Assembly (NCBI GenBank): GCA_040755515.1
Contig: JBFMAW010000023.1
Span: forward strand, 39,383-103,382
Reading direction: 5' to 3'
Length of the DNA: 64,000 nucleotides
DNA from: Thermodesulfobacteriota bacterium
GTDB taxonomy: Bacteria > Desulfobacterota > Desulfarculia > Adiutricales > JAGVGV01
Shown: positions 36,503 through 46,165 of the stretch, one piece after another
How positions within the stretch are numbered: position 1 is the stretch's first letter
Layout of the letters: every line of letters starts with the position of its first letter
Made by a program: the position numbers and the translations under genes
Notes under the pieces: model-generated
What the model saw: only the letters and a program-made list of their open reading frames with translations
Databases searched by the model: none
Told to the model about the DNA's origin: nothing

Positions 36503-37668
36503 CCATGAAGAATTACCAAGTCCAGGGATATCGTCGCGAGAACGGGCGGGTGGGTATCCGCAACCATGTGGTCATCCTGCCTTTGGACGACCTGTCCAAC
36601 GCGGCCTGCGAGGCCGTGGCCAACAACATAAAGGGAACCAGGGCCATACCCCATGCCTACGGCCGGCTGCAGTTCGGCGAAGACTTGAAGCTGTTCTTTC
36701 GCACCATCATCGGCACCGGCGCCAATCCCAACGTGGCCGCCTGCGTGGTGATCGGGATCGAGCCGGAGTGGACCAACCTCGTGGTGGAAGGCATAGCCCG
36801 GACGGGCAAGCCGGTCACCGGTTTTGCCATCGAACGCGCGGGCGACCTGGCCACCATCGCCGCCGCTTCCCAAAAGGCCAAGGAATACGTTCAATGGGCT
36901 TCCGAACTCAGGCGGGCAGAATGCGAGCTCAGGGATATCTGGGTATCGGTCAAATGCGGCGAATCGGACACCACCTCGGGGCTGGCCTCCAACCCCACCG
37001 TGGGCAACGCCATTGACAAGCTGGTGGAACTAGGCGCGACCTGTTCCTTCGGCGAGACTTCCGAGATAACCGGCGCGGAAATGGTCTGCCGGGAAAGGGC
37101 GGCCAACAAGGAGATCGGCGACCGGTTCTATAAAGTCTGGTCCGACTACAACGACTTTATCAACGCCAACAAGACCGATGACCTGTCCGGCTCGCAGCCG
37201 ACCAAGGGCAACATCCGGGGCGGGCTGACCACCATCGAGGAAAAGGCTTTCGGCAATCTGCAGAAAATAGGGAAGAAGGCCCGCTACGTCGGCGTGTTGG
37301 AGCCGGCCGAGGCGCCGGCCGGGCCGGGCCTCTGGTTCATGGACACTTCCTCGGCGGCGGCCGAAGCGGTCACGCTCTGGGCCGCGGCCGGCTTCGTGGC
37401 CCATTTCTTCCCCACCGGCCAGGGCAACATCATCGGTAATCCCATCGAACCGGTAATAAAGCTCTCGGCCAACCCCTTGACCGTCAGGACCATGCGGGAG
37501 CACATTGATTTTGACTGCTCGGCCATCCTGCGAGGAGAGATGACCCTGGATCAAGCCGGCGATGGCCTGCTGGACATGCTGGTCAGGACCGGCAACGGCC
37601 GTCTGACCGCCAACGAGGTCTTGGGGCACTTCGAGTTCGTACTGACCAAACTCTACCGCAGCGCCTGA
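36496..37668 (+). CDS. UxaA-family sugar-acid dehydratase large subunit (D-galactarate/altronate dehydratase-like)
   Basis: …[32 protein letters not shown]…[14 protein letters not shown]…[23 protein letters not shown]…[16 protein letters not shown]… UxaA C-domain motifs. Confidence 0.8.
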   Translation: MVAMKNYQVQGYRRENGRVGIRNHVVILPLDDLSNAACEAVANNIKGTRAIPHAYGRLQFGEDLKLFFRTIIGTGANPNVAACVVIGIEPEWTNLVVEGIARTGKPVTGFAIERAGDLATIAAASQKAKEYVQWASELRRAECELRDIWVSVKCGESDTTSGLASNPTVGNAIDKLVELGATCSFGETSEITGAEMVCRERAANKEIGDRFYKVWSDYNDFINANKTDDLSGSQPTKGNIRGGLTTIEEKAFGNLQKIGKKARYVGVLEPAEAPAGPGLWFMDTSSAAAEAVTLWAAAGFVAHFFPTGQGNIIGNPIEPVIKLSANPLTVRTMREHIDFDCSAILRGEMTLDQAGDGLLDMLVRTGNGRLTANEVLGHFEFVLTKLYRSA

Positions 37669-37715
37669 TCGCCGGCGGTCCCAACCCCGCGGCCTTTTTC
37701 AGGGCCGCGGGGCTT

Positions 37716-38987
37716 TCAGTCGCCATTTCCTTCGGCCCGATAGAAATAGGTGGTGTTGGCGTTGGGCACCACGGCCACCCGGGGCCGGCCCGGCCGCTCA
37801 GCCAGCCAGCGGTCCAGGGTCTCCTGGGCCGGCCGCGGCGCCAGATAACAGCGCCGCAGGTCTTCGGCGGACATCTCCGACTCGATCGCCACCTCGTACC
37901 GGCTCAAGGTCCGGCCAAAAAGATAGGCTTTGTGAGCCCCCATCCTGAAGCCGCCCCTTCTAAAGTCTTCCATGGCTTCCCGGCAGGAATCGAAGCGGCT
38001 GACGTAATCGAAATAAACCTGGTCCCCGACGCCCTGGTCGCAGGAGGCCAGCAGCAATATTCCGCCGCCCGGCTTGACGGCCCGGGAGGCCAGGTTGAGC
38101 CCTTTTTGAGCCTGATATAAACAGATGTCCTTGGGATATCCCCCGCAGGAAGCCACAGCCAGGTCATACTGTTCCGAGATGGCCACGCCGTAAACCCTGG
38201 CGCAGGTTTGAGCCCCCCGCCGGAGCACGGCCATTGGTTCGCCGGCCCAGAGTCCCACCGCCCTTTTGTCCGGATCCAGGACCACGTTTACTGCCAGGTC
38301 CACGCCGGCCAGACGGCCGATGTCGTTCAGGTCTTCCCGGACGGGGTTGCCGTCCAGCCGGCCGGCTTCGGCGCCGTCCTGGAACATCAGACTATGGTTG
38401 TGTTCGATGGTCGCCGGCGAAGCGCAACCGATGGCCACGCCTTTGGCTCCGCCGGTGAAGCCCACGAACTGATGGGGGTCAATCTGGCCGATAACCATCT
38501 TCAAGTCGGCCTGGGAATATTCGGTGTTGATCGCCACCGGTGTTCCCCGGCTGGTGCGCCCGAGGTCGGTCAAGGGCGAAAGGTGGGGATCGTGGATCAC
38601 CATCCGGCATTCCAGAGACACTTCCGGAGGAACCCAGAGCCGGGCTCGATCTGAACCCATCCGCGGATGGAGCCCGCCGCCTATGATAATGCTGATGTCC
38701 TCCGGCTCTAAGTTCGAATAAGCGTTGAAGAGGCGCCGCAGAACGACCGGTAGGATTGCTTTAAAGGGAACCGGTCGGCTTTCATCGGGTAGGGCGATAG
38801 CCACGCGTCGGGGCGGCGGTCGATCTTCCAACCTGGCGGCCTCGAGAGGTGAATCGAGGGCCTGCTTTACGGCATGTTCGAGGTCCGTCAGGGTTGGGTG
38901 GGGAGAAGGGGCCAGAAAGACGATCTCGGCCCGATCCGGAAGGCTCAGGGTTTTGTATCCTTGTCCATATTTTAGCTTTATCTCCAT
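37716..38987 (-). CDS. LarA-like (lactate racemase family / DUF2088) protein; candidate Ni-pincer-dependent alpha-hydroxy-acid racemase or epimerase
   Basis: 423 aa; the N-terminal domain pattern (…RRVAIALPDESRPVP…IIIGGGLHP…) and overall length match the LarA family, from memory of the family. Confidence 0.6.
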   Translation of the reverse strand: MEIKLKYGQGYKTLSLPDRAEIVFLAPSPHPTLTDLEHAVKQALDSPLEAARLEDRPPPRRVAIALPDESRPVPFKAILPVVLRRLFNAYSNLEPEDISIIIGGGLHPRMGSDRARLWVPPEVSLECRMVIHDPHLSPLTDLGRTSRGTPVAINTEYSQADLKMVIGQIDPHQFVGFTGGAKGVAIGCASPATIEHNHSLMFQDGAEAGRLDGNPVREDLNDIGRLAGVDLAVNVVLDPDKRAVGLWAGEPMAVLRRGAQTCARVYGVAISEQYDLAVASCGGYPKDICLYQAQKGLNLASRAVKPGGGILLLASCDQGVGDQVYFDYVSRFDSCREAMEDFRRGGFRMGAHKAYLFGRTLSRYEVAIESEMSAEDLRRCYLAPRPAQETLDRWLAERPGRPRVAVVPNANTTYFYRAEGNGD

Positions 38988-39543
38988 GCGCCGCCTCGTT
39001 CTTGATTCCGTAACATTATGGTCCGCCGGGTCGGTTTTGGCAACCCAAGACGTGGGATATCGTCTGGAACGGCCGCGCTCGATTCGAATAGACCTCGACG
39101 TTCACCGTTCACCCGTAGGCTGGGCGGGACCATAAGCGGGCGAGCCCTGGGTCTCATCTTCTGAAGGGATGGATTGAAGGGAGACTTGCCCGCCTCCGGC
39201 ATAGTGAAACTTCCTCAACTTAATTCCAACCCTGGAGGGGGATAGCCCTCTCCCGGCGATAAAATTCATCGTCGTTTTTATTAAAAATGATTTCTTGACT
39301 GGTATGTTTTTACAAATATACTAATCCTTATGTAGGTAGAGGGAAATATAAGGTCTGCCGCCAGGTTGCCTTATCCAGTCTTCCATAAGCTCAGCCTGCT
39401 CAAAAGACATCACTGGCGTTCCAGGCCGCGGAAGAAAAGACGCGAGGAAGGCCTCAAGGACTTTTTACGGGTTTCCGCCTTCAAGCCATCGCCGCGGGCG
39501 GATATGACCTGATGACGTCCCTATTCCTGGAAAGGAGGTCGAA

Positions 39544-40881
39544 ATGGAGCGTTTCGAAAAATTGATCGCCCAGGGCGTGCGCGAATACTATTCCGATGTC
39601 CATATGACCGGCGGACATCCCCTGGTCTTCAGGAGAAACGGGGTCATTGACTTTCAGAAAGAGGTCAAATGGTCCCATGAAGAGATTGACGACCTGGTGG
39701 AAGAATTACTGACCCCCCGGGAAAGACAGCTTCTCCAGGTTTATCAGGCCGTGGACATCGGCCGAAGCATCAACATGGTCCGGGTCCGCGTCAACGTGTT
39801 CAACACGACCCGGGGCCTCAGCCTGGCCGTCCGGTTGTTGCCGGGAATGGTCCCCGAGATAGGCAGCTTGAACCTACACCCGTCGCTAAGGGATTTCGCC
39901 CATAGAAAGAACGGTCTTTTCCTTATCTGTGGAGCCACCGGCTGCGGGAAATCAACGACCATGGCCGCCATGATCGAGGAAATCAATCGGACCCGTTCAG
40001 CGCACATAGTCACCCTGGAAGACCCGGTCGAGTACCGTTTCAAGTCCAAGAAGTCTTTCATCGAGCAACGGGAACTGGGCACGCATTTCCCCACCTTCGA
40101 CCGCGGTCTGTACGACGTGCTGAGGGAAGACCCGGACGTCATACTGGTCGGTGAGCTCCGCGATCCGGAGACGATCCGCCTCACGCTCAACGCGGTCGAA
40201 TCCGGACACATGGTCATCGCTTCTTTACACGCCACCAATTCAGAGGACGCCGTGTACCGCATCGGCAACTCTTTTGCCCAGGAGGCCCAGGACATTGTCC
40301 GGCATCAACTGGCCTCCACCCTCGCCGTTCTCATCGTTCAGACGCTCTCCTTCCTGCCCAGGGTCGGATTCAGGGTCCCGGTGCTGTCGATCATGACCGG
40401 AAGCTCGGCGGTAAAGGGCATGATCAGGGAGAACAGGCTGGCCCAGATAGAGAGCACCATGCAGACCAGCCGCAAGGACGGCATGATGACCATGGAACAA
40501 TACCAGCAGGAATTCGTGGACCAGCGCCAGTTTTTCACCCTGCCGGAGGAAAACTTCCGGCCCTCCACTGAAATCACCACGGAGATTATTTATACCTCCC
40601 GCTTGATGAAGGACAGGGAGGCCATGGTCCGGTCCGCCGTAGCGGCGCAGGCGGAAGCGAGGGCCGCCAGGCCCGTCCCCGAGAAGCCGTCCCCCGTCTC
40701 GACCCTCCCCTCGCAATTGATCGCCAGGACACCGTTTCCTCTATCGCCGGCCGAACAATCCCTGGCCAGCGCCGGGGCTCTGCCCGAAACCCAGCCCCAG
40801 GAAGGCTCATCATTCTATGTGTTGACCGAGGAAAAACCCATCCACGAACTCATTGCCGAAATGAAGAAATTAGAACACTGA
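39544..40881 (+). CDS. pilT: PilT-family type IV pilus retraction ATPase with ~95-aa Pro/Ala-rich C-terminal extension
   Basis: Walker A GATGCGKSTT, Asp box and His box (…VILVGELRDPETI…VESGHMVIASLHA…). Confidence 0.85.
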   Translation: MERFEKLIAQGVREYYSDVHMTGGHPLVFRRNGVIDFQKEVKWSHEEIDDLVEELLTPRERQLLQVYQAVDIGRSINMVRVRVNVFNTTRGLSLAVRLLPGMVPEIGSLNLHPSLRDFAHRKNGLFLICGATGCGKSTTMAAMIEEINRTRSAHIVTLEDPVEYRFKSKKSFIEQRELGTHFPTFDRGLYDVLREDPDVILVGELRDPETIRLTLNAVESGHMVIASLHATNSEDAVYRIGNSFAQEAQDIVRHQLASTLAVLIVQTLSFLPRVGFRVPVLSIMTGSSAVKGMIRENRLAQIESTMQTSRKDGMMTMEQYQQEFVDQRQFFTLPEENFRPSTEITTEIIYTSRLMKDREAMVRSAVAAQAEARAARPVPEKPSPVSTLPSQLIARTPFPLSPAEQSLASAGALPETQPQEGSSFYVLTEEKPIHELIAEMKKLEH

Positions 40882-41074
40882 GGACGTCTCCCACCGGCCG
40901 CCCAGTCCTGGCGGCAAGTGGAAAAACCAACCTGACCGAGACCCTTCCGGGATGTTTGTGACTTATTAAAGTCTGGAATGTATCTAGAGAAGACAAAAGG
41001 ATTCGAAGCCGTCAATCTTTTCGTCTGATGCCTTATTGATCCCTGGCGACGGGCGTGGACAAGAAAGAGGCTAG

Positions 41075-41407
41075 TTGGTTATGGCTGAAGACAGCAGGTC
41101 CAAGAAACGATTTCAGGTGGTTGCACCGGCGGTAGTGGAGATCGAAAAACCTTCCGGAACTGAGGTTGAAACCGAATTTCTGAACTTACTAAGCCGGGAC
41201 GTGAGCGCCGGCGGCGCGTTCTTTTACACTGATTCGCCCCTGCCTGAAGGGACCAGGGTCAAGGTGGACCTGGTTCTGATGACCGATCAGTTGAAAAAGA
41301 TCGAGTCAGATCAAGCCATGATCAAGCTGGTCGGCGAGGTGGTCCGGGTGGAATCAGGCGGCATGGCCGTCCGGTTCAATAAACGTTGTCATATTCTGCC
41401 CCTCTAG
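41075..41407 (+). CDS. Single-domain PilZ protein
   Basis: RSKKRFQV (RxxxR) and DVSAGGAF (DxSxGG). Confidence 0.65.
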   Translation: MVMAEDSRSKKRFQVVAPAVVEIEKPSGTEVETEFLNLLSRDVSAGGAFFYTDSPLPEGTRVKVDLVLMTDQLKKIESDQAMIKLVGEVVRVESGGMAVRFNKRCHILPL

Positions 41408-41637
41408 ACTTTAGGCCCTGGATTTATCCCTCCCCTGGGGCCGGCGGTAATATTCTGGCGGATGCTTCTGATTCGAGACCTCCGTAAAACGAGTAATTTG
41501 AACCGAGATCGCGAAAGGCGATATTTTAAGCCGCGGGAATATTAGATATATTTCGAGGACTTAAAATTGAGCCTGACAAAGAGCTTGGCCAAAGGACGAA
41601 GTTTTGCAGGGGTCTCGATTCAACCTTGAGGCTGACT

Positions 41638-42636
41638 TCAGATCACGGAAGCCAAAGCCGTTTTGAGATGAGCCAGGGAAGTGTTGCCGCCGGAACAGAT
41701 CAGACCGACTTTGGTCCCGGCCAAGACTGATTTGAGGCGATAGGCCGCGGCCAGAGGGCTGGCTCCAGCGGCTTCGGCCAAAGTGTGGGCGCATTCGATC
41801 ATCCAGACCATGGCCTGCCTGATCTCGTCATCGTCGACCAGGATGAAGTCGTCCAAATCCCGCCATAGAATGCTCTGAGGCAGTTCAAAACCGGCTCCCG
41901 TGGCCAGACCTTCGGCGAAGGTGCGGCAAGGGGCCGTGACCATCTTTCTTTGGCGCCAGCATTCATAGGCCGCCGGAGCTTGAGCGCTTTGAACGCCGAT
42001 GATCCTTATCCGGGGATTGACGGCCTTGGCCGCCAGACAGGCGCCGGCCGCGCCGCTGCCTCCGCCCACGGGCACGATCAAAGTCTCGAGGTCGGGCTGG
42101 TCTTCCAGCATCTCCAGGGTCTCCGTGGCCACTCCGGCGATCAACAGCGGTTCGTTGCCCGAATTGATGTAACGGCACCCAATAGTCTCGGTCAGGACCT
42201 CGCAATGGCGTTTGGCTTCTTCAAAGTCCCGTCCGTGAAGGATGACTTCCGCGCCCAGACCCCGCATGGCCGCCACCTTCCCGGGATTAGCCCCTTCCGG
42301 GACCACGATGCGGGCCTGGACGTTGAACAGGCGGGCGGCATAGGCTATGGATTGTCCGTGGTTGCCCGTGGAAGCTCCGATGACTCCCCTGGAACGCTCT
42401 TCCGATGTGAGCCGCGCCATCAAGTTGATTCCGCCCCGCACCTTGAAGGCTCCAACCGGCTGGTAGTTTTCATGTTTGATGAAAACGTCGGCGCCGATCA
42501 ATTGGCTGACCGCCGGGAAGGCGTGCAGAGGGGTCCGGGGTAGATATCGGGAAATGACCCGCCGGGCCGAAAGAACGTCTTTGAATTCAAGAAGGGCTGG
42601 GTTATCCGCGGCTTTAATATCCGATTCAGTTTTCAT
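41638..42636 (-). CDS. PLP-dependent threonine/serine dehydratase (threonine ammonia-lyase family, no ACT domain)
   Basis: …FIKHENYQPVGAFKVRGGINLMARL… (PLP Lys motif) and …GGGSGAAG… glycine loop. Confidence 0.8.
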   Translation of the reverse strand: MKTESDIKAADNPALLEFKDVLSARRVISRYLPRTPLHAFPAVSQLIGADVFIKHENYQPVGAFKVRGGINLMARLTSEERSRGVIGASTGNHGQSIAYAARLFNVQARIVVPEGANPGKVAAMRGLGAEVILHGRDFEEAKRHCEVLTETIGCRYINSGNEPLLIAGVATETLEMLEDQPDLETLIVPVGGGSGAAGACLAAKAVNPRIRIIGVQSAQAPAAYECWRQRKMVTAPCRTFAEGLATGAGFELPQSILWRDLDDFILVDDDEIRQAMVWMIECAHTLAEAAGASPLAAAYRLKSVLAGTKVGLICSGGNTSLAHLKTALASVI

Positions 42637-42748
42637 TTAGTCTGGAGTCCTCCGCCGGTCGATGGCTTTCTTCTTGGAGTTTGCCCCGGCCGGATCATCT
42701 CTTTCGCTGGCGGCGGTCATGATCCGGCTATCCCTCTCCGTTCCAGGT

Positions 42749-43717
42749 CTATTCCTTTCCGTAGAACTCGGGATAAAGCTTCCGGGCGCATTCCGGGCAG
42801 ATACTATGACTGAAAAGGGCTTCCGTCCGGTCCTGTATATACTTTTCCAACTGTTGCCAGTAGCCCGCATCGTCCCTTATTTTCTTACAACAAGTGCAGA
42901 TGGGCAAAAAGCCCCGCAGGGTCTTGACTTCATCCAGGGCCGCCCTGAGGCTGGTCAGGGCTGACTTGAGTTCGGTTACGTCCCGGTTGCTGCCCCGCCG
43001 GCCCAACCATTCGCCCGTGGATGATAAAATGGACTGGCATTGGTGGCTTATCCATTTCTCCTGGCCTTCGGCGTCAATGATTCGGAAATCGAGTTGCATC
43101 GGGCCGGATTCCACTTGATAGAGATTTTCGTGCTTGATCAGGGCCTCTTGGTCTTCGGGGTGGGTTATCCTTTGCATCAGGCCTGAGTCGCGCAGGAACT
43201 CCTCGTGGCCGTGTCCGGTAATTCTCCGGCAGGAAGGCGTCACGTAGATATAACGGCCTTTCGGGTCCAGCCACGTTTCCCAGTCGTAGGTGTAATCGGC
43301 GAAAGCCCTGAATCTTTCCTCGCTGGCCTTCAGTTTCTTCTCCATCTCTGATTTGTATAGGGCTATCTCGATGCTGGCCTGCAGTTGCTGGTCATTGAAG
43401 GGTTTGAGCACTAGACCAAAAGGCTCGGTGGCCTTGGCCCGACTGACCATTCCTTCGTCTCCATGGGCGGTTAGAAAGATGATGGGCAGCACGTGGCGTC
43501 GGTTGATCTCTTCGGCCGCCTCGATGCCGTCCATGCGCCCTTGCAAGGTTATGTCCATTAAAATGATGTCCGGATCTGTATGTTTCACCTGAAAAACGGC
43601 CTCCTCGCCGGTAGTGGCCTGGGCGCAGACCAGGTATCCCATTTCCTCGAGGCGATTATTAAGGTCGGCAGCCACGATCAGGTCGTCTTCCACAATCATG
43701 ATTCTGGCTGATTTCAT
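42749..43717 (-). CDS. Response regulator (REC) - PAS - C-terminal Cys4 (zinc-ribbon-like) domain protein
   Basis: REC domain with phospho-acceptor Asp (…IILMDITLQG…). PAS-like middle region. C-terminus …LPICTCCKKIRDDAGYWQQLEKYIQDRTEALFSHSICPECARKL. No HTH or enzymatic output domain. Confidence 0.75.
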   Translation of the reverse strand: MKSARIMIVEDDLIVAADLNNRLEEMGYLVCAQATTGEEAVFQVKHTDPDIILMDITLQGRMDGIEAAEEINRRHVLPIIFLTAHGDEGMVSRAKATEPFGLVLKPFNDQQLQASIEIALYKSEMEKKLKASEERFRAFADYTYDWETWLDPKGRYIYVTPSCRRITGHGHEEFLRDSGLMQRITHPEDQEALIKHENLYQVESGPMQLDFRIIDAEGQEKWISHQCQSILSSTGEWLGRRGSNRDVTELKSALTSLRAALDEVKTLRGFLPICTCCKKIRDDAGYWQQLEKYIQDRTEALFSHSICPECARKLYPEFYGKE

Positions 43718-43985
43718 TGGTTCGTTCCTTTCAGCTTAACGCTGTTTCCCGGTATGGTCCAGGCCGGGTTTCCCCTGGACGACCGGGGTAAAGGCCCGTC
43801 TCGGTTCAAGACCAAAGATATTCCAACCTGAGAAAACCGGTGGACCCGGCGTCTTCCACCGCGGTCGGCCGTGGAGAACTTCGGTATTATTTTGTCACAA
43901 AAAAACGGGCAAGGGAAGACGTTCATCGGCTTATCAATAAGCAATTGGTTAAAGGTCTTTAGTACCGGGCAGACCAGGAAACGGA

Positions 43986-44015
43986 TTGACCCTGGCGAAT
44001 GGGGCAAGTTAGAAT
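43986..44015 (+). promoter_or_regulatory. Candidate sigma70-type promoter (TTGACC-18-TAGAAT) for the ferredoxin-aor operon
   Basis: TTGACC at 43986-91 and TAGAAT at 44010-15, ~55 nt upstream of the ferredoxin start. Confidence 0.35.
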
Positions 44016-44068
44016 AGCCTGGGTATGGCGGTGGATTCTATTTGGGTCAGGGCGAAATAGGGCGAAAC

Positions 44069-44308
44069 ATGGCGGCGGATGATATTAAAGTGGATGAGGG
44101 ATTGTGCGCTGGTTGCCTTCGCTGCGCGCTGGCCTGTTCGAGTCTGTACACCGGGGAGTACAACGCGGAGCTGGGTCGGATTCGCGTCGAGGCTGACGGC
44201 GTTCAGATGAAGGTTTGGTTTACCGAAGAATGCCCGAACTGCGGTCATTGCGTCGGTTTCTGCTTTTACGGCGCCTTGAGCCAGGTCGGGCCCGAGACTC
44301 GGTCATGA
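44069..44308 (+). CDS. Small ferredoxin-like 4Fe-4S protein, probable electron acceptor/partner of the downstream AOR
   Basis: CAGCLRCALAC… and …CPNCGHCVGFC Cys motifs; the stop overlaps the AOR start (ATGA). Confidence 0.6.
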   Translation: MAADDIKVDEGLCAGCLRCALACSSLYTGEYNAELGRIRVEADGVQMKVWFTEECPNCGHCVGFCFYGALSQVGPETRS

Positions 44309-46161
44309 CCGGTCGTGGTTTCGCCGGCCGTGTATTACGGGTGGACCTGACCGCCGGCCGATGTCAATCCGAACCGTTGGATATGACATTGGCTGAAAAA
44401 TTCGCCGGGGGTCTGGGCCTGACCATCAGGCTGGCGGCGAATGAGGTCCGGCCCGGCGTCGAGCCGTTGGCGCCGGAGAACGCCGTCGTTTTGGGAGTGG
44501 GGCCGTTGGTCGGGACGGAAGTCCCGTCCTCATCCAGACTGTACTCTGTGACCGTCCTGCCGGCCAGTGGGACCTTGGGCTGGTGCGGCGCGGGCGGGGT
44601 GACCCTGGCCGCTCAACTCAAACAGGCCGGATTCGACCACATAGTCATCACCGGCCGGTCGGCCCGGCCGGCCATGCTCAGGATCGAAGACGGACGAGCC
44701 GAACTCGTCGAGGCCGGACGCCTCTGGGGACTGGGCACGGCTGAAACGGCCCGGGCCGTCTGGGAAAGCGATCCCTGGCCGGCCGGCGTTCTGACCATCG
44801 GTCCGGCCGGTGAAAACCGATCGTCCCTGGCCATGGCCTACGTCAATCGACTGGCCACCCTGGGCCGCGGCGGACTGGGAGCCGTTCTGGGCGCCAAGAA
44901 CCTGAAAGCGGTTCTGGTACGGGGCCACGGCGGAGTTGAAGTCCATGATCAGAAGCGGATTCGCGGCCTGGTGGATGGCTTGCTGGCCCGAATGCGAAAC
45001 TGGCCGCAACTGGCCGCCTGGCATGACCTGGGCATGATCAATTCCTTCCCTTTCATACCCGTTGACGTCTACCGGGAGATCAAATTGCGTCGGGTGGCCT
45101 GCGTGAGCTGCCCGATCGGCTGCAAGGACGTGGTCCGAATAAGGGACGGCCGCTTCGCCGGGTTCACCACCTGCTCCAGTTCGGCGATCAATCTGTTCAC
45201 GCCGGTCATCTACGGTTTCAAGGATTATCGGGAGGCGGTCAGACTGGTGGCCGAACTGGACGAATACGGGCTGGACATGTTCGAGTTTTTCGGCGTCATG
45301 AAAGCCGTTTCCAACCTGGTGGAACAGGGAACCATACCGGCCCGGGAAATCGAACCTCCCCTCGTTCTGGATTCCTTCGACTCCATGTCGGCCTGGGCCG
45401 GAAAGACTGCCCGCCGGGAAGGTTTGGGGCAAATCCTGGCCGACGGTTTCAAAGGCCTGCTGGACTCTTTCGGCGCTCAGGCCCGCCCGGCCCTGCCGGC
45501 CTTGGTTAAAAACATGCACCCTTATACCGGTCCCGGTTCAGCCCTGCCTTGGGACCTGTTCGGCACCATGGAACTGGGCCAGGTCCTGGACCCCCGGGGC
45601 CCTCACGTGGGCTCGGGAGGTTCGCCCACCTATTTCGCCAAAAGACCCCTGGAAGTATTTCCCGGCCACCTGCAAAGAATGGGCGTTCCGGACGAGGCGG
45701 CGGCGCGGATACTGGACAATTCCAGACTCGACGTGGGCCGGCTGCTTAAATACTCGCATACCTGGTTCGCTGCTTTGGGCTGCCTGGGATTATGCGCCCG
45801 GGCCCAGATAAACCGTTTTTACAGCGCCCGTCTCTGCGCCGATATCTACCAGGCCGTGACCGGCTTCCCCGGCGGCGTGGACGAGCTTAGACTCAAGGCC
45901 GAGCGGGCCTGGAACCTGTTGAGGCTTTTAAACCTGCGCTTGGGTTTTGATCCCCGTAACCTTGAAACTCCGCCGGACAGATGGTTCCAGACGCCGGGGT
46001 TCAAGGAATACGTCGCGGAGCAACCGCTGAACCGCGGCCAGGTCGAGCGCATGATTGAGGACTACTATGACGAGTGGGGCTGGGATCTGGCCACTGGAGC
46101 TCCCAAGGCGGAAACCCTGGCCAGGCTCGGCCTGACCGAATATGCCCTGAAAAAGGAATGA
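44305..46161 (+). CDS. Aldehyde:ferredoxin oxidoreductase (tungsten/molybdopterin AOR family)
   Basis: N-terminus MTGRGFAGRVLRVDLTAGR… is the typical AOR family start. [4Fe-4S] Cys ligands are present (…VACVSCPIGCKD…). Full length of ~620 aa. Confidence 0.85.
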   Translation: MTGRGFAGRVLRVDLTAGRCQSEPLDMTLAEKFAGGLGLTIRLAANEVRPGVEPLAPENAVVLGVGPLVGTEVPSSSRLYSVTVLPASGTLGWCGAGGVTLAAQLKQAGFDHIVITGRSARPAMLRIEDGRAELVEAGRLWGLGTAETARAVWESDPWPAGVLTIGPAGENRSSLAMAYVNRLATLGRGGLGAVLGAKNLKAVLVRGHGGVEVHDQKRIRGLVDGLLARMRNWPQLAAWHDLGMINSFPFIPVDVYREIKLRRVACVSCPIGCKDVVRIRDGRFAGFTTCSSSAINLFTPVIYGFKDYREAVRLVAELDEYGLDMFEFFGVMKAVSNLVEQGTIPAREIEPPLVLDSFDSMSAWAGKTARREGLGQILADGFKGLLDSFGAQARPALPALVKNMHPYTGPGSALPWDLFGTMELGQVLDPRGPHVGSGGSPTYFAKRPLEVFPGHLQRMGVPDEAAARILDNSRLDVGRLLKYSHTWFAALGCLGLCARAQINRFYSARLCADIYQAVTGFPGGVDELRLKAERAWNLLRLLNLRLGFDPRNLETPPDRWFQTPGFKEYVAEQPLNRGQVERMIEDYYDEWGWDLATGAPKAETLARLGLTEYALKKE

Positions 46162-46165
46162 CGAC

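Noticed and set aside
44530-45519. 329-aa minus-strand ORF
   Set aside because: It is antisense to the aldehyde:ferredoxin oxidoreductase gene and has no motifs.
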